Assembly: GCA_051362555.1 (NCBI GenBank)
Contig: CM120649.1
Location: 16,878,567 to 16,942,566 of the forward strand
Length of the DNA stretch: 64,000 bases
Direction: 5' to 3'
DNA from: Lingula anatina
Taxonomy: Eukaryota; Animalia; Brachiopoda
Shown here: positions 1 through 13,800 of the stretch, in pieces
Layout: each line of letters starts with the position of its first letter
Numbering within the stretch: position 1 is the stretch's first letter
Notes under the pieces: generated by a model
Database searches by the model: none
Seen by the model: only the letters and a program-made list of their open reading frames with translations
Told to the model about the DNA's origin: nothing
Translations under genes and position numbers: made by a program

Positions 1-1013
1 GAGTGCGGATTCCCAGTAACACATATAGTCCACTTCTACTAGTTTCTTATATACGACTCGAATAAGTTTGACATGCGAAGGGATAAATTGAATAGATCAC
101 TCGATCAGCCGTAAAAGAGCTTAAGACTGCTCCTTTCTTTAAAGTTTTGGTCAAAAATTTAACCTACTTTCGTAACGTACTTTTCTGTCCCATTGACATA
201 CAGCATAGAATGCTAGCAGAAAAATCCATTCAAACATCATTTTCAGGTAAAATTTAGCAATGCCTTTTGGTAATTCTCTTAGTTATAATACTTAAAACTA
301 TATGCTGGCATCTGGTTGGTTTTTGTTGCAAAAAGTTGACTTGATACAATATAACCAAACCATGCCGTCAGAAAAGCCTCTTCAAGTTCGCTCTCACGGC
401 TCCACTCCCTTGTACTTCCAGCTAAAAATGACCAGACAGCTACAAGTCTCACTCCATTCGACGTCACTTCCGGTACAATCATATCACCTTCCGTACCCTT
501 TATTGAGTTGATGTCTTAATTTGTTTTAAGAAACTATTATTTAACTTTGAGGATGTTAACTGCCTTTAAATGTTATTAATTGTCTTAAAAAAGAATATCG
601 TATGTTTGCTAAGCTCTATAGTCATGAAGTGAGCAAAGTCATGCATGTTTAAAAAGTCCCAGGAAATCCTTTGCCCCGCGCCTAATCGTACAACCGTAGG
701 CTTCTGGATATATAATACGTGTAGTGTCTACTCTATTTCACACAGGGCATGATTTGAAATCAAAATGGCGGATTACCCCTGCACATGTGCAACGGAGTTC
801 GGATAATATCTACATACTTATATTCTATTTAAACATGTATTGCAATATCATATTTGCAAAGGTAGAAAATGCTTAAAGGTAGGCCTACAATGTATAAGTA
901 ACAAAGTCATAAATGCTTGACCAAGCTTACTAGTAGTTATTGGTCAGCTCATATTTCAGCCACAAACAAATAAAAGATTCTCCAACTTTGATGGGAATGC
1001 GTTTCATACTCAC

Positions 1014-2521
1014 GTTCGTAAAACCAGTTTATGTCTTGATATATGAACTTGACGAAGGAAAACTGGCCATCAGTCATCAGGACGGCTTGGAAGTTATTCA
1101 CCTGGAGAGAAAATATCTTCGGTGAAAAAATGTCAACAGATTGTTGATTATTAAGTGCCAACCGATGGATTAGGGTGATTATAACTATTAACATTTATCT
1201 ACACACTTTCTTTATTTTCTTTTTACCAGTGTGTCCCCTGATACTTCTGCGCTATAAGATAAGTTGTATGAATGCTCTAAGTGAGGATAATTCTACTTGC
1301 ACAAAATAAAATATTATTTGATTATAATAATCAGCTGCTTACAAAGAAAATCACAATCACAAAACTTTCATAAGATCTATATTATTTTCCAGAGATACAG
1401 GGACTTCTGCTATTACGATTGTCACCAGACGTTTGATATGCGCGAAATGACAACTGCGTATTGCATTTTTAAATTTTTGTTTTGCAAAAGATGTGGAGTA
1501 AAAGACTCTATGAAAACAAAATTCTAAATATGACAGCAGCATATGATCTTAGGGCACATTTTCGGTCCAGTTGTACGTTATACCTCAGCATGCCGTGTTA
1601 TTACGATAACCTAACCATAAGGCACCAATCTTATCCAAATGCTTCCACACCCATCTCTGTGATAACTTGGTAAAGGCGCGCAAGTGGAAATGGTTAGAGA
1701 TCGCAATAAAACTGTCTGAAGGGTTACGTACTATACTGGTACTGGGGGTGCAGGGTCTTTAGTAAAGGCGTCACAAGTGAACTGTTTTCCTTTTTCTTAC
1801 TGGCACATGCCGTAGTCTGGAGACGCTGCAAGGGTTATACCATGAATAATACCGCCATCTGCGCCGCAAGGAACAGGCACTGATGTAAGGCGGGAGGTTG
1901 GTCCACGTGACCACCATTACCCAGGAGGGGGTGAATTCTGGAACAAGGAAAACGATCAAGTGTAAATTACGTTAACTGATTAATATTATGTAAATTTAAT
2001 TCATTAACTTTTTGCAAACTTGGGGTTGGAAGGAATACGGTACTATTAATGCAAACAAATTTAGATAAGGAAAAGCAACAAAATTAGCAACTGAGATAGC
2101 GAGAGAGAGAGACTTCGGCGAAAAAGAATGTGCAGTACTTACTAAGACATATACACTTGACCTAGTTTCTATATTTCAACGACTATCAAAAATCAATTGA
2201 AAAATCATTTTACTTATTTATAAATTAAATTACCTGCAGCCGCATGATTATGGGTTTGAGTGAAAAGGTTGGCATCGGCAGTAGCTCGAGCAATGATGGC
2301 TTCTGTTGCAGCCTTCCCGTCATTCATCTCATACACTTGATAATACACCATCTAAAATAGATAGAAATTTCTGAAAAAACTCTCCAAAACACTTTGTTTA
2401 CAGTGTCGGTGGAAGCGCATTTTAAAAGGGGGGTTTAATAACTCCAAATAATTAGAGGCGGAGAATGGAGCACGGTTTGAATCGGTACTTAGAAACTGAA
2501 GATCAGTTCACATTATACTTT

Positions 2522-2558
<37 letters not shown>

Positions 2559-4870
2559 ACCAGCTTCGGTTCGAATATGGCCAAGAGGTCACCGAAACAC
2601 AAAGTCTTGACCGTTTTGTTACATGATCACACTTTGAAAACAAGGCACTTTGAAAGCGTTCAAGAGAGTACTGCAAAACATAATGCAAGGCGATTTAAGT
2701 AGTGTGAAAAAGAAAACATATAGCAATATATATATACAGTACAAAGAAGTAATGGAACACCCGCCATTTGAGATGCAAAAGTTTGAACACTGCCTACCGG
2801 GTAATGTAAGATCGCATTCACAACGAGTTGAGCCAGGCTTTACAAATCCTGGGGACTAAATATGGCGGACGTACATGAAAGAAAACCCGCCTAAACTTTT
2901 AATAGTCTCTCCGCCTCTCACACGCCTCCCCATGTGTCGTCCCAATGGAGCCGAGATTTAATGACTGTCCCCCCGCAGGGACGACGTGTGGGGAGGCGTG
3001 TGAGAGGCGGAGAGACTATTAAAAGATTAGGCGGTTTTTCTTTCATGTACGACCGCCATATTTAGTCCCCAGGATTTGTAAAGCCTGGCTCAACTCGTTG
3101 TGAATGCGATCTAATTTACAGTGTTGAAAATGGATTAAAACTAACATTTATGTGCCCGAAAGTTATTTTGATCAATTAAAAAAGTGATGCCACTTTATTA
3201 GTTTTTAAACAGATTTTATACAGATATGAATATAGTTTAAGATACGCCCGTGTGATGACGCTGCGGGGAAGTAGGCTATAGAATGAGGTACGTGTAAACG
3301 GCATCGAATCGTGTGAAGCAGGTTGTTTCACGGGCTCTTTTCCAGTATTCCCTCTACCCTATAAATTTCACATTTTCTTTTTTCGTCTATGTCAAATCTA
3401 TCTGAATAAAAATTCTCTGTAAGAACCTGTTGCCTTTTTATGATTTAATCAAGTATAATCCCCAAAAAATTACGTTTAAAGTTAGTATGCTTGCAGTTAC
3501 CCATTTGAATAGCCATTGTGAAAACCTTAATGTAAGTCTTTTAACAAACACATGCTGTTGCTGTAGCCACACTCCAACGACGCGGTTTGTCACTGAAGGA
3601 AAGAGGGGGGATAATAAGCTTATTAAATGCAGGCTTTGGCATGCCAGCATACTACATGTACATGTAAATCCTTCAGTAACCCAGATACTGAATTTGAAAG
3701 ATATATTTATGTATATTTGATTATAAAAATTTAAAATATGTACTTCCTTATGTACTTTCTAATGTTATATGTGACAATAATAGGTGGCTTTGGCCAGCCT
3801 ATAAAATGGTTTTGAAAATTGCCAAATCTGGGCATTTTAAGGTAAATTTTTTAATTTTGAAAATTTACCAATATTAAAGTTATTTTTCTTATTTTTAAAG
3901 ACTGTCAAAAAATTAAGTAATATGTTTAAACAAAAATATGGATATACTCCACATGTACATCTATATATTTTATGGGAAAATAAAGTGTGGAAAATACTCA
4001 AAGTCAAACTTGAAGAAAGACATGAACCAACTTCATCATAAACAACATAACTCCTTGTCAGTAGTAAATTTCAATGTTACATTTGGGAAAGTCCAAAAGA
4101 ACTTGCTTGTTAACCAGCAGATAGGAAAAAAGCATAATTTGATAATGAACACTGTACATGTATCTTCCTGTTAACCGTATTCAATGGCAAATACTGTAGT
4201 AGCCATCTTAGATTTTCTCAAAATTATATAAGATTGCAGTCTGATATACCCATGTGATCCACCAAATATATATCAAATGGGTAGTAACAGTGTGAAACAC
4301 TGAAAACAAACTCAATTTGATTTTGAACATATACATGTAATATCCCTTATTTTAGTCGATACCCATGTAATCCAAGGCACCGGCGGCCACCTTGGAATAA
4401 ATGCATTGTGGAAATACCGCTTCTGTTGCAATTTGTTTTCCAATCATAATAAAAAGAGTTGACTCTAAAATTACATAAACTTTGCCTTTTTTATTCAATT
4501 CCCAGCCTTGTCGACTTCTCCAAAAATGAGAAAATTATACCTGTACCTCCCGATTCCCCACCGATATTGACCAGCTGGGAGGTGGAATAACTTATACGTG
4601 ACCTTTCTCGACCAATCGATTCGCGAATAAGTTGGAATCATGTTACAGTTATTATTATTAAATTCATATCAATAATTACTTAATCAATTAGTATAATGCA
4701 GTTACCGTCTTGTTCCTATTCACATTGAATCGTGAAAATAAAGTGGCGTCACTGCGTCCCCAAAATGGTGCAATCTGGGCAAAGTAGTCCATCCACAAAC
4801 GAGTGCCGAACGCCCACGGCCAGTCCAATTTCCATTCAACGCCGAACTGTAGGACACCATTGCTGCAGAT
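1014..4870 (-). CDS. Gene 1 NIDO domain exons
   Basis: [19 protein letters not shown] | [16 protein letters not shown] | [11 protein letters not shown] | [25 protein letters not shown]: hallmark NIDO motifs (IAPFW, VTW, NxFQAVL-TDG) as in nidogen/MUC4/tectorin/SUSD2-type proteins. Confidence 0.85.
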
Positions 4871-7800
4871 CTAAGGGCAAAAAAATAGACTAAGAAAGAA
4901 CTACATAGTTCGAATTATATCAATAATAATGGTAATTAATCATATAATTATCATATTTATACAAATACGATATAAAATAATATTTTGTTCATAAAATAAA
5001 TACCAATGATATAATAAACTTGGATGTAAATGAATGCCTCAAGATTTTCAAACTGCCCTTTAAGAGCACAAAGGTCTCAAATGTCTATTGGTTACAATTT
5101 TCGATTAATCATATTAATACACCTTAATTTAATTAATTTCTTCTCAAATGGAATATTTAAGATCATGCATGTTTTTGGGATATTGCATATAGAAAATACC
5201 AAATAAAAGTTCGTTAAAACGATATCACGTGCAATAACCGCTTATCAACTTTCAGTAAGAAGGTAACAAACTCCTTTGAACAAAAAGCAAATAACTATCG
5301 GTTTTAAGGGCACAAATTATGCTTTTTTTAAGTATTGGATGTTTGGATAACAGCACGAATATGGCTATTGCGAATTTCTTTTAATCCATTAATTGGAATT
5401 AATAATGCCTCCGACGCAGTTAACGTATTCGAATACTTATAGTTTTAGTTAAAAAAAAACACCGTGACGTTTACTAGAAATTCAGCAATTATTAATAATT
5501 TTATTAACATTTCTAGTAAACATGCAACATCTATATTAATTAGAATTCTTCTAAGGGCACTTTAAGGGCGCATTCCCATAGATTTTAAATCGATCTATCC
5601 CCGTGGGGAGTCTCACTAGATTACTGTCAGATAATCCGGCTTAAGCTGTAAGGGGGTAATTAACTTTCGTGCCCGCTCGGCTGACAGCTATTTAGCGTGA
5701 ACCCCCAGGGAGTTAGGTCGATCTAGTTGGATCGATCTAATCTCTGGGAATGGGGTCTAAGTGATTTCAAGATTAAGTCGTAAGACAGTATCACAAAGAA
5801 TGACCAACAACTAATAATTTCTGACGGTTAGCTTTGTATTAATTGGTAGTGATAAAAATATGTACATTTCTTTACTTACGTGTACACTGTAATGACGCTT
5901 ATTGAAGAAGGGAAAGCCTGCTCTAAGTAATTTAACCCTGAGGCAGACAGAATGCCGCTGCCTTCTACTAATCCAACCCCAACGCAACTGGTTCGGGTTA
6001 TATGTAGTTCTGTCTCTAGCGTTTCGACCAAATGGGTACAGCCGTGCGGTGCCCCACCATTGGCTTTCTGGCGATGTGGTAGTTGCAATTGTGGCAGTGG
6101 TCGTCTCAACCATGGATGAGGAACTGGAAAACCAACTAGCAGAGTCTGATATGATGTTTATTGATAAGTTTGCAGAGCTTTCAAGCATTGATGTGGAGTT
6201 TCCAAAATATGTGTCCAAGGCTGAGGATGAATATGATGAGGTCAGATTGATATCAGTTAAACTGCTTTCCAAATAGCAAGATGCTGTTTCTTCAATTGCA
6301 GATGTTGGAGTTGAGCTGCTTTCCGCAAAGAACGGTGCACTTTCACTTGCAGATGGCATATATGTAATCGAAATGCTTGGTAAGCATGGAGTTAAAATGC
6401 TCCCAGACTCTGAATATGAAAGAATCCAACTGCTTTCCAGGGTCAAGGATGATGGTGAGTTGTTCTCAGAAGATATAAATGATGCAAAGGAACTGCCTGA
6501 CAAGGGCTGGAATGGTGCTGAACTAAAAAGTTCCAAATGTGATATAGCAGAGCTGCCAGACAAGGAGTGGTGTGATGCTGAAATACTTTCAGACACCGTT
6601 GGTGTTCGAATAAAACTGCTTGACATCAAAAAGTGTGAAACTGAACTATATTCAGACCCTAAAGACGTTGGTATTGAACTACTTGACAAGAAGTAGTAAG
6701 ATGCTGAACTGCTTACTGTCACTGGTGGTGTTGGAATTGAGCTGCTTGACCACGAGTAGTAAGATGCTAAACTACTGTCAGACACCGTTGATGTTGATAT
6801 TGAGTAGCTTGGTAAAACGTGTGATGCTAAACTACTCTCAGGCATAGCTGATGTTGGAAAAAAGATTCTTGACGAGTCATGATGTGATGCTGAACTCCTC
6901 ACAGTCATCAATGATGTTGGAATTGAGCTGCTTGCCATGGAGGAGTATGATGGTGAACTACTCACAGACACTGATGATGTTGAAACAGAGCTGCTTGACA
7001 AGTAGTATGAAAATGAACTGCTTGCAGACATTGTTGATGTTGGCGTTGAGCTGCTTGACAAGAAGTAATATGATGCTGAACTTCTCACAGACATCAATGA
7101 TGTTGGAATTGAGCTGCTTGACAAGTAATATGATAATGAACTGCTTGCAGATACCGATGATGTTGGAATTGAGCTGCTTGCCAAGGAGGAGTATAATGTT
7201 GGACTACTCACAGACACTAATGATGTTGAAACTGAGCTACTTAACGAGGAGTATGACGCTGAACTGCTTACAGACACAGATGATGTTGGTTTTGAGCTAC
7301 TTGACAAGTAGTATGATGCTGAACTGGTCACAGACACAGATGATGTTGGTGTTGAGCTACTTGACAAGTAGTATGATGCTGAACTGGTCACAGGCACAGA
7401 TGATGTTGGTGTTGAGCTACTTGACAAGTAGTATGATGGTGAACTGCTCACAGATACAGATGATGTTGGTGTTGAGCTACTTGACAAGTAGTATGATGCT
7501 GAACTGCTTGCAGATACCGATGTTTTTGGAAATAAGCTATTTGACAAGGAGTATGATGCCGAACTGCTTGCAGATACCAATGATGTTGGTGTTGAGCTAC
7601 TTGACAAGTAGTATGATGCTGAACTGATTGCAGATACCAATGATGTTGGTGTTGAGCTACTTGACAAGTAGTATGATACCGAACTGCTTGCAGATTCCAA
7701 TGATGTTGGTGTTGAGCTACTTGACAAGTAGTATGATGCTGAACTGATTGCAGATACCAATGATGTTGGTGTTGAGCTACTTGACAAGTAGTATGATCCC

Positions 7801-10800
7801 GAACTGCTTGCAGATACCAATGATGTTGATGTTGAGCTACTTGACAAGTAGTATGATGCCGAACTGCTTGCAAATACCAATGATGTTGGTGTTGAGCTAC
7901 TTGACCAGTAGTATGATGCTGAACTACTTGCAGATACCGATGTTGTTGGAAATGAGCTGATTGACAAGTAGTGTGATGCTGAACTGATTGCAGATACAGA
8001 TGATGTTGGTGTTGACCTACTTGACAAGTAGTATGATACCGAACTGCTTACAGAAACCGATGATGTTGGAATTGAGCTGCTTGACATGGAGAAGTGTGAT
8101 GGTGAACTGTCTGCAGATACTGATGAGGTTGGTGTTGAGCTACTGAACAAGTAGTATGATGCTGAACTGCTTGCAAATACCGATAATGTTGGAAATGAAC
8201 TGCTTGACAAGTAGAATGATCCCGAACTGCTTGCAGATACCAATGACGTTTCTGTTGAGCTACTTGACAAGTAGTATGATGCTGAAATGCTTTCAGATAC
8301 CGATGATGTTGGTGTTGAGCTGCTTGCCAAGGAGGAGTATAATGTTGGACTACTCACAGACACTAATGATGTTGAAACTGAGCTACTTAACGAGTAGTAT
8401 GATGCTGAACTGCTCACAGATACAGATGATGTTGGTGTTGAGCTACTTGACAAGTAGTATGATGCTGAACTGCTCAAAGACACAGATGATGTTGGTGTTG
8501 AGCTACTTGACAAGTAGTATGATGCTGAACTGGTCACAGTCACAGATGATGTTGGTGTTGAGCTACTTGACAAGTAGTATGATGGTGAACTGCTCACAGA
8601 TACAGATGATGTTGGTGTTGAGCTACTTGACAAGTAGTATGATGCTGAACTGCTTGCAGATACCGATGTTTTTGGAAATAAGCTATTTGACAAGTAGTAT
8701 GATGCCGAACTGCTTGCAGATACCAATGATGTTGGTGTTGAGCTACTTGACAAGTAGTATGATGCTGAACTGCTTGCAGATACCGATGATGTTGGAAATA
8801 AGCTACTTAACAAGTAGTATGATGGTGAACTGCTCACAGATACAGATGATGTTGGTGTTGAGCTACTTGACAAGTAGTATGATGCTGAACTGATTGCAGA
8901 TACCAATGATGTTGGTGTTGAGCTACTTGACAAGTAATATGATCCCGAACTGCTTGCAGATACCAATGATGTTGATGTTGAGCTACTTGACAAGTAGTAT
9001 GATGCCAAACTGCTTGCAAATACCAATGATGTTGGTGTTGAGCTACTTGACCAGTAGTATGATGCTGAACTACTTGCAGATACCGATGTTGTTGGAAATG
9101 AGCTGATTGCAGATACAGATGATGTTGGTGTTGAGCTACTTGACAAGTAGTATGATACTGAACTGCTTGCAGATACCGATGATGTTGGAACTGAGATGCT
9201 TGACATGGAGAAGTGTGATGGTGAACTGTCTGCAGATACTGATGAGGTTTGTGTTGAGATACTGAACAAGTAGTATGATGCTGAACTGCTTGCAAATACC
9301 GATAATGTTGGAAATGAACTGCTTGACAAGTAGAATGATCCCGAACTGCTTGCAGATACCAATGACGTTCCTGTTGAGCTACTTGACAAGTAGTATGATG
9401 CTGAAATGCTTGCAGATATTGATGATGTTGGTGTTGAGCTGCTTGCCAAGGAGGAGTATAATGTTGGACTACTCACAGACACTAATGATGTTGAAACTGA
9501 GCTACTTAACGAGTAGTATGATGCTGAACTGCTCACAGATACAGATGATGTTGGTGTTGAGCTACTTGACAAGTAGTATGATGCTGAACTGCTCAAAGAC
9601 ACAGATGCTGTTGGTGTTGAGCTACTTGACAAGTAGTATGATGCTGAACTGCTCACAGACTCAGATGATGTTGGTGTTGAGCTACTTGACAAGTAGTATG
9701 ATGCTGAACTGCTCACAAACACAGATGATGTTGGTGTTGAGCTACTTGACAAGTAGTATGATGCTGAACTGCTTGCAGACACAGATGATGTTGGTGTTGA
9801 GCTACTTGACAAGTAGTATGATGCTGAACTGCTTGCAGACACAGATGATGTTGGTGTTGAGCTACTTGACAAGTAGTATGATGCTGAACTGCTTGCAGAT
9901 ACCGATGATGTTGGAAATAAGCTACTTAACAAGTAGTATGATGGTGAACTGCTCACAGATACAGATGATGTTGGTGTTGAGCTACTTGACAAGTAGTATG
10001 ATGCTGAACTGCTTGCAGATACCGATGTTTTTGGAAATAAGCTACTTGACAAGTAGTATGATGCTGAACTGCTTGCAGATACCAATGATGTTGGTGTTGA
10101 GCTACTTGACAAGTAGTATGATGCTGAACTGATTGCAGATACCAATGATGTTGGTGTTGAGCTACTTGATAAGTAGTATGATACTGAACTGCCTGCAGAT
10201 AGCAATGATGTTGGTGTTGAGCTACTTGACAAGTAGTATGATGCTGAACTGATTGCAGATACCAATGATGTTGGTGTTGAGATACTTGACAAGTAGTATG
10301 ATGCCGAACTGCTTGCAGATACCAATGATGTTGGTGTTGAGCTACTTGACAAGTAGTATGATGCTGAACTGATTGCAGATACCAATGACGTTGGTGTTGA
10401 GCTACTTGACAAGTAGTATGATGCTGAACTGATTGCAGATACCGATGATGTTGGAAATAAGCTACTTGACAAGTAGTATAATGGTGAACTGCTCACAGAC
10501 ATCGATGATGTTGGTGTTGAGCTACTTGACAAGTAGTATGATGGTGAACTGCTCACAGATACAGATGATCTTGGTGTTGAGCTACTTGACCAGTAGTATG
10601 ATGCTGAACTGCTTGCAGATACCGATGTTGTTGGAAATGAGCTACTTGACAAGTAGTGTGATGCTGAACTGATTGCAGATACTGATGATGTTGGAAATGA
10701 GCTACTTGACAAGTAGTATGATGCCGAGGTGCTTGCAGTCACTGAAGATGTTGTAAATGAGCTGCTTATCAAAGAGAAGTGTGATACTAAACTACTCTCA

Positions 10801-13800
10801 ACCACAGTTGATGTTGGTGTTGAGCTCCCTGATAAGGAGTAGTAAGATCCTGACGTACTCTCAAGTAAAGTTGATGTTGGAATAAAGTTGCTTGAGAAGA
10901 AGAAATGTGATGCTGAAATACTGTCAGACATTGCTGTTGTTGGAAAAAAGCTACTTGATGAGTCAAGGTGTGATCCTGAACTCCTCGCAGACACTGGTGA
11001 TGTTGAAACTGAGCTGCTTAACATGTAGTATAATGCCAAACTGCTCGCAGGCACAGTTGATGTTGGAATTGAGCTGCTTGACAAGGAGTATGATGTTGAA
11101 CTGCTTGCAGATGCCGATGATTTTGGAATTGAGCTGCTTGACAAGTAGTATGATGTTGAACTGCTTGCAGATACCGATGATGTTGGAAATGAGCTACTTG
11201 ACAAGTAGTATGATGCCGAGGTGCTTGCAGTCACTGAAGATGTTGGAAATGAGCTGCTTATCAAAGAGAAGTGTGATACTAAACTACTCTCAACCACAGT
11301 CGATGTTAGTGTTGAGCTCCTGGACAAGGAGTAGTAAGATCCTGACGTACTCTCAAGTAAAGTTGATGTTGGAATAAAGTTGCTTGAGAAGAAGAAATGT
11401 GATGCTGAACTACTGTCAGAAACTGCTGTTGCTGGAAAAAAGCTACTTGATGAGTCAAGGCGTGATCCTGAACTCCTTGCAGACACTGGTGATGTTGAAA
11501 ATGAGCTGCTTAACATGTAGTATGATGCTGAACTGCTCACAGACATTGAAGATATTGACACTAAGCTGCTTGACAAGTAGTATGATGCTGAACTGCTTGT
11601 AGACACTGTTGATGTTGGTACTGAGCTGCTTGACAAGTAGTATGAAGCTGAAGTTCTTGCAGATACCGATGATATTGGAAATGAGCTGCTTGACAAGTTG
11701 TATGATGCTGAACTACTTGCAGATACCGTTGGTGTTGGAAATGAGCTGCTTGACAAGTAGTATGATGCAGAACTGCTTGCAGATACCAGTGATGTTGGTG
11801 TTGAGCTACTTGACAAGTAGTATGATGCTGAACTGCTTGCAGATACCGATGATGCTGGAATTGAGCTGCTTGACAAGTAGTAAGATGCTGAACTGCTTGC
11901 AGATACCGATGATGTTGGAAAAGAGCTGCTTGACAAGTAGTATGATGCCGAACTGCTTGCAGATCCTAATGATGTTAGAACAGAGCTGCTTGACAAGTAG
12001 TATGATGTCGAACTCCTTGCAGACACTAATGATGTTGGAATTGAGCTGCTTGACAAGTAGTATGATGCCGTACTGCTCTCAGGTAAAGTTGATGTTGAAA
12101 TAAAGCTGCTCGACAAGAAGATGTGTGATGCTGAACTACTCTCAGACATTGCTGTTGTTGGAAAGAACCTACTTGATGAGACACGGTGTGATGCTGAGCT
12201 CCTCACAGACATGAATGATGTTGGAACTGAGCTGCTTGACAAGTAGTTTGATGCTGAACTACCCTCAGACACAGATGATGTTTGCATAAAGCTGCTTGAC
12301 CATGACTCTTCATAACTCTTCGAAAAGGTGTATGATGCTGAATTTTCTGTAGAAACTGTTGGCATAGAGCTGCTGCCTAAGGTGTTATATGAAGTCCGGC
12401 TGCTTGCAGACACTGAATATGATGTACCCACAGTGCTTGCCAAAGAGGAGTATAATGCTGAATTACTTGTAGACATCGAAAATGATGGAATCACACTGCT
12501 TGCCAAGGAGTCTGCTGCGTAAATGCTAGTAGTCGTCCAATAGGATGGGATAGAGCTGCTTGTCAAGGAGTAAGATGCTAAAATGCTCTCAAATGTCGAC
12601 TCTGAAGGAATCAAGCTGCTTGTCTGATATGGATTTGACGTTGTTTCACTTGAAAAATATATGTAGTCTGATAAAGTTGGACTGTCTGTCGAAGAGGAAA
12701 GGCTTGAGAAATCTGAAATTTAAAGAAAATCATTTTCATACAATTTATGCCTCAAAAGTACTATATTTAAGATAACATTAAACAAGAATTGTTGCTCAGA
12801 TGCTTGAATATTTGCTAAAGGATATCTAAAAATATATGTCCCCCTTCATGTTAAAAGAAAATACAGCGTTAGCAAAATTAATTTGTCTATGCCCGTACTG
12901 CAATTGTTTCTCATCAATACATACACTGCTTTTCAGCTCTATGCAACAAGAGTATTACTACTACGGAAATTTCTATATACATGTATTTGTATTAATGTTC
13001 GCGTTCTTTAATATAGCATACACGATTTTCTTTCTCCTTACTTTGACAGATATGATCGTCACATCCAGGAGCAAAACAGTGACAGGAGCCGTTGGTGTTA
13101 ATACAAATGTCACTACAACCGCCGTTATTGAAAGCACATTCATTTACATCTGCAATATACAATATACAATATTACGAAATGCAGAATGAGCACTATAATC
13201 ATTCAAAAGAACCTTAATGCAATTAGAGAGTCCATTAAAGTGGTCTGAGAGTCGGCGTCTATTGGAAAACATACTTCCGTAATCAAGTGACTAATATGAT
13301 GTATAGTATTTGTAAATACATACAGAGTATAGTAAAAACTACACTGTCAAAATTAGTATGCCAAGTGGTTAATACAGTGTAATGTTCAGGGTCACAGAAA
13401 ATTACCTTCACAACCTGAGGTATTGGAATCGAACTTGTATCCAGCTGGGCAACCTGTTCTGTTACAATTAACACAGGGGGTGACCTCTGATATATAATAA
13501 AAAGTCCAACATAATGTCTGTATTCATTCGATGTTATGTGTTTATAGTATCATAATATCGTCATACACTCATTGGTAAAAAAGTGCATATGCTTTTCATG
13601 TTACACCACCAACAAATTTGGGTTATCGAAATGGGAATAGGTAACTTTATTTTTTTAATATATTTTAATGCTGTGACATATATGTAATCCTCCCTAATAA
13701 CAAAAAGTAAATATATTTTCGCATTAGAAATGTCTTACCAAAACAATAGGCTTCCGGACATGCCACCGTCGGACTTAGATAGTAGACCATAAATTCTGTG

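Noticed and set aside
1-1013. A further gene 1 exon before the left edge
   Set aside because: No segment with a convincing acceptor and NIDO-like continuation in phase 1 was found by eye.
6620-12103. Plus-strand Met/Leu-rich ORFs ([11 protein letters not shown]...) and minus-strand Gln/His-rich ORFs
   Set aside because: Shadow frames of the 60-bp coding repeat; they are broken by stops wherever the unit varies, whereas the Ser-rich frame stays open for 2277 codons.
6620-12330. CRISPR-like regular repeat array
   Set aside because: No unique spacers, head-to-tail coding units, eukaryotic context, no cas genes.
5811-12614. The 2267-aa ORF as a stand-alone gene
   Set aside because: It starts at a TTG inside an exon and ends in intron read-through; splice sites at 12712 and 5880 link it to flanking exons.
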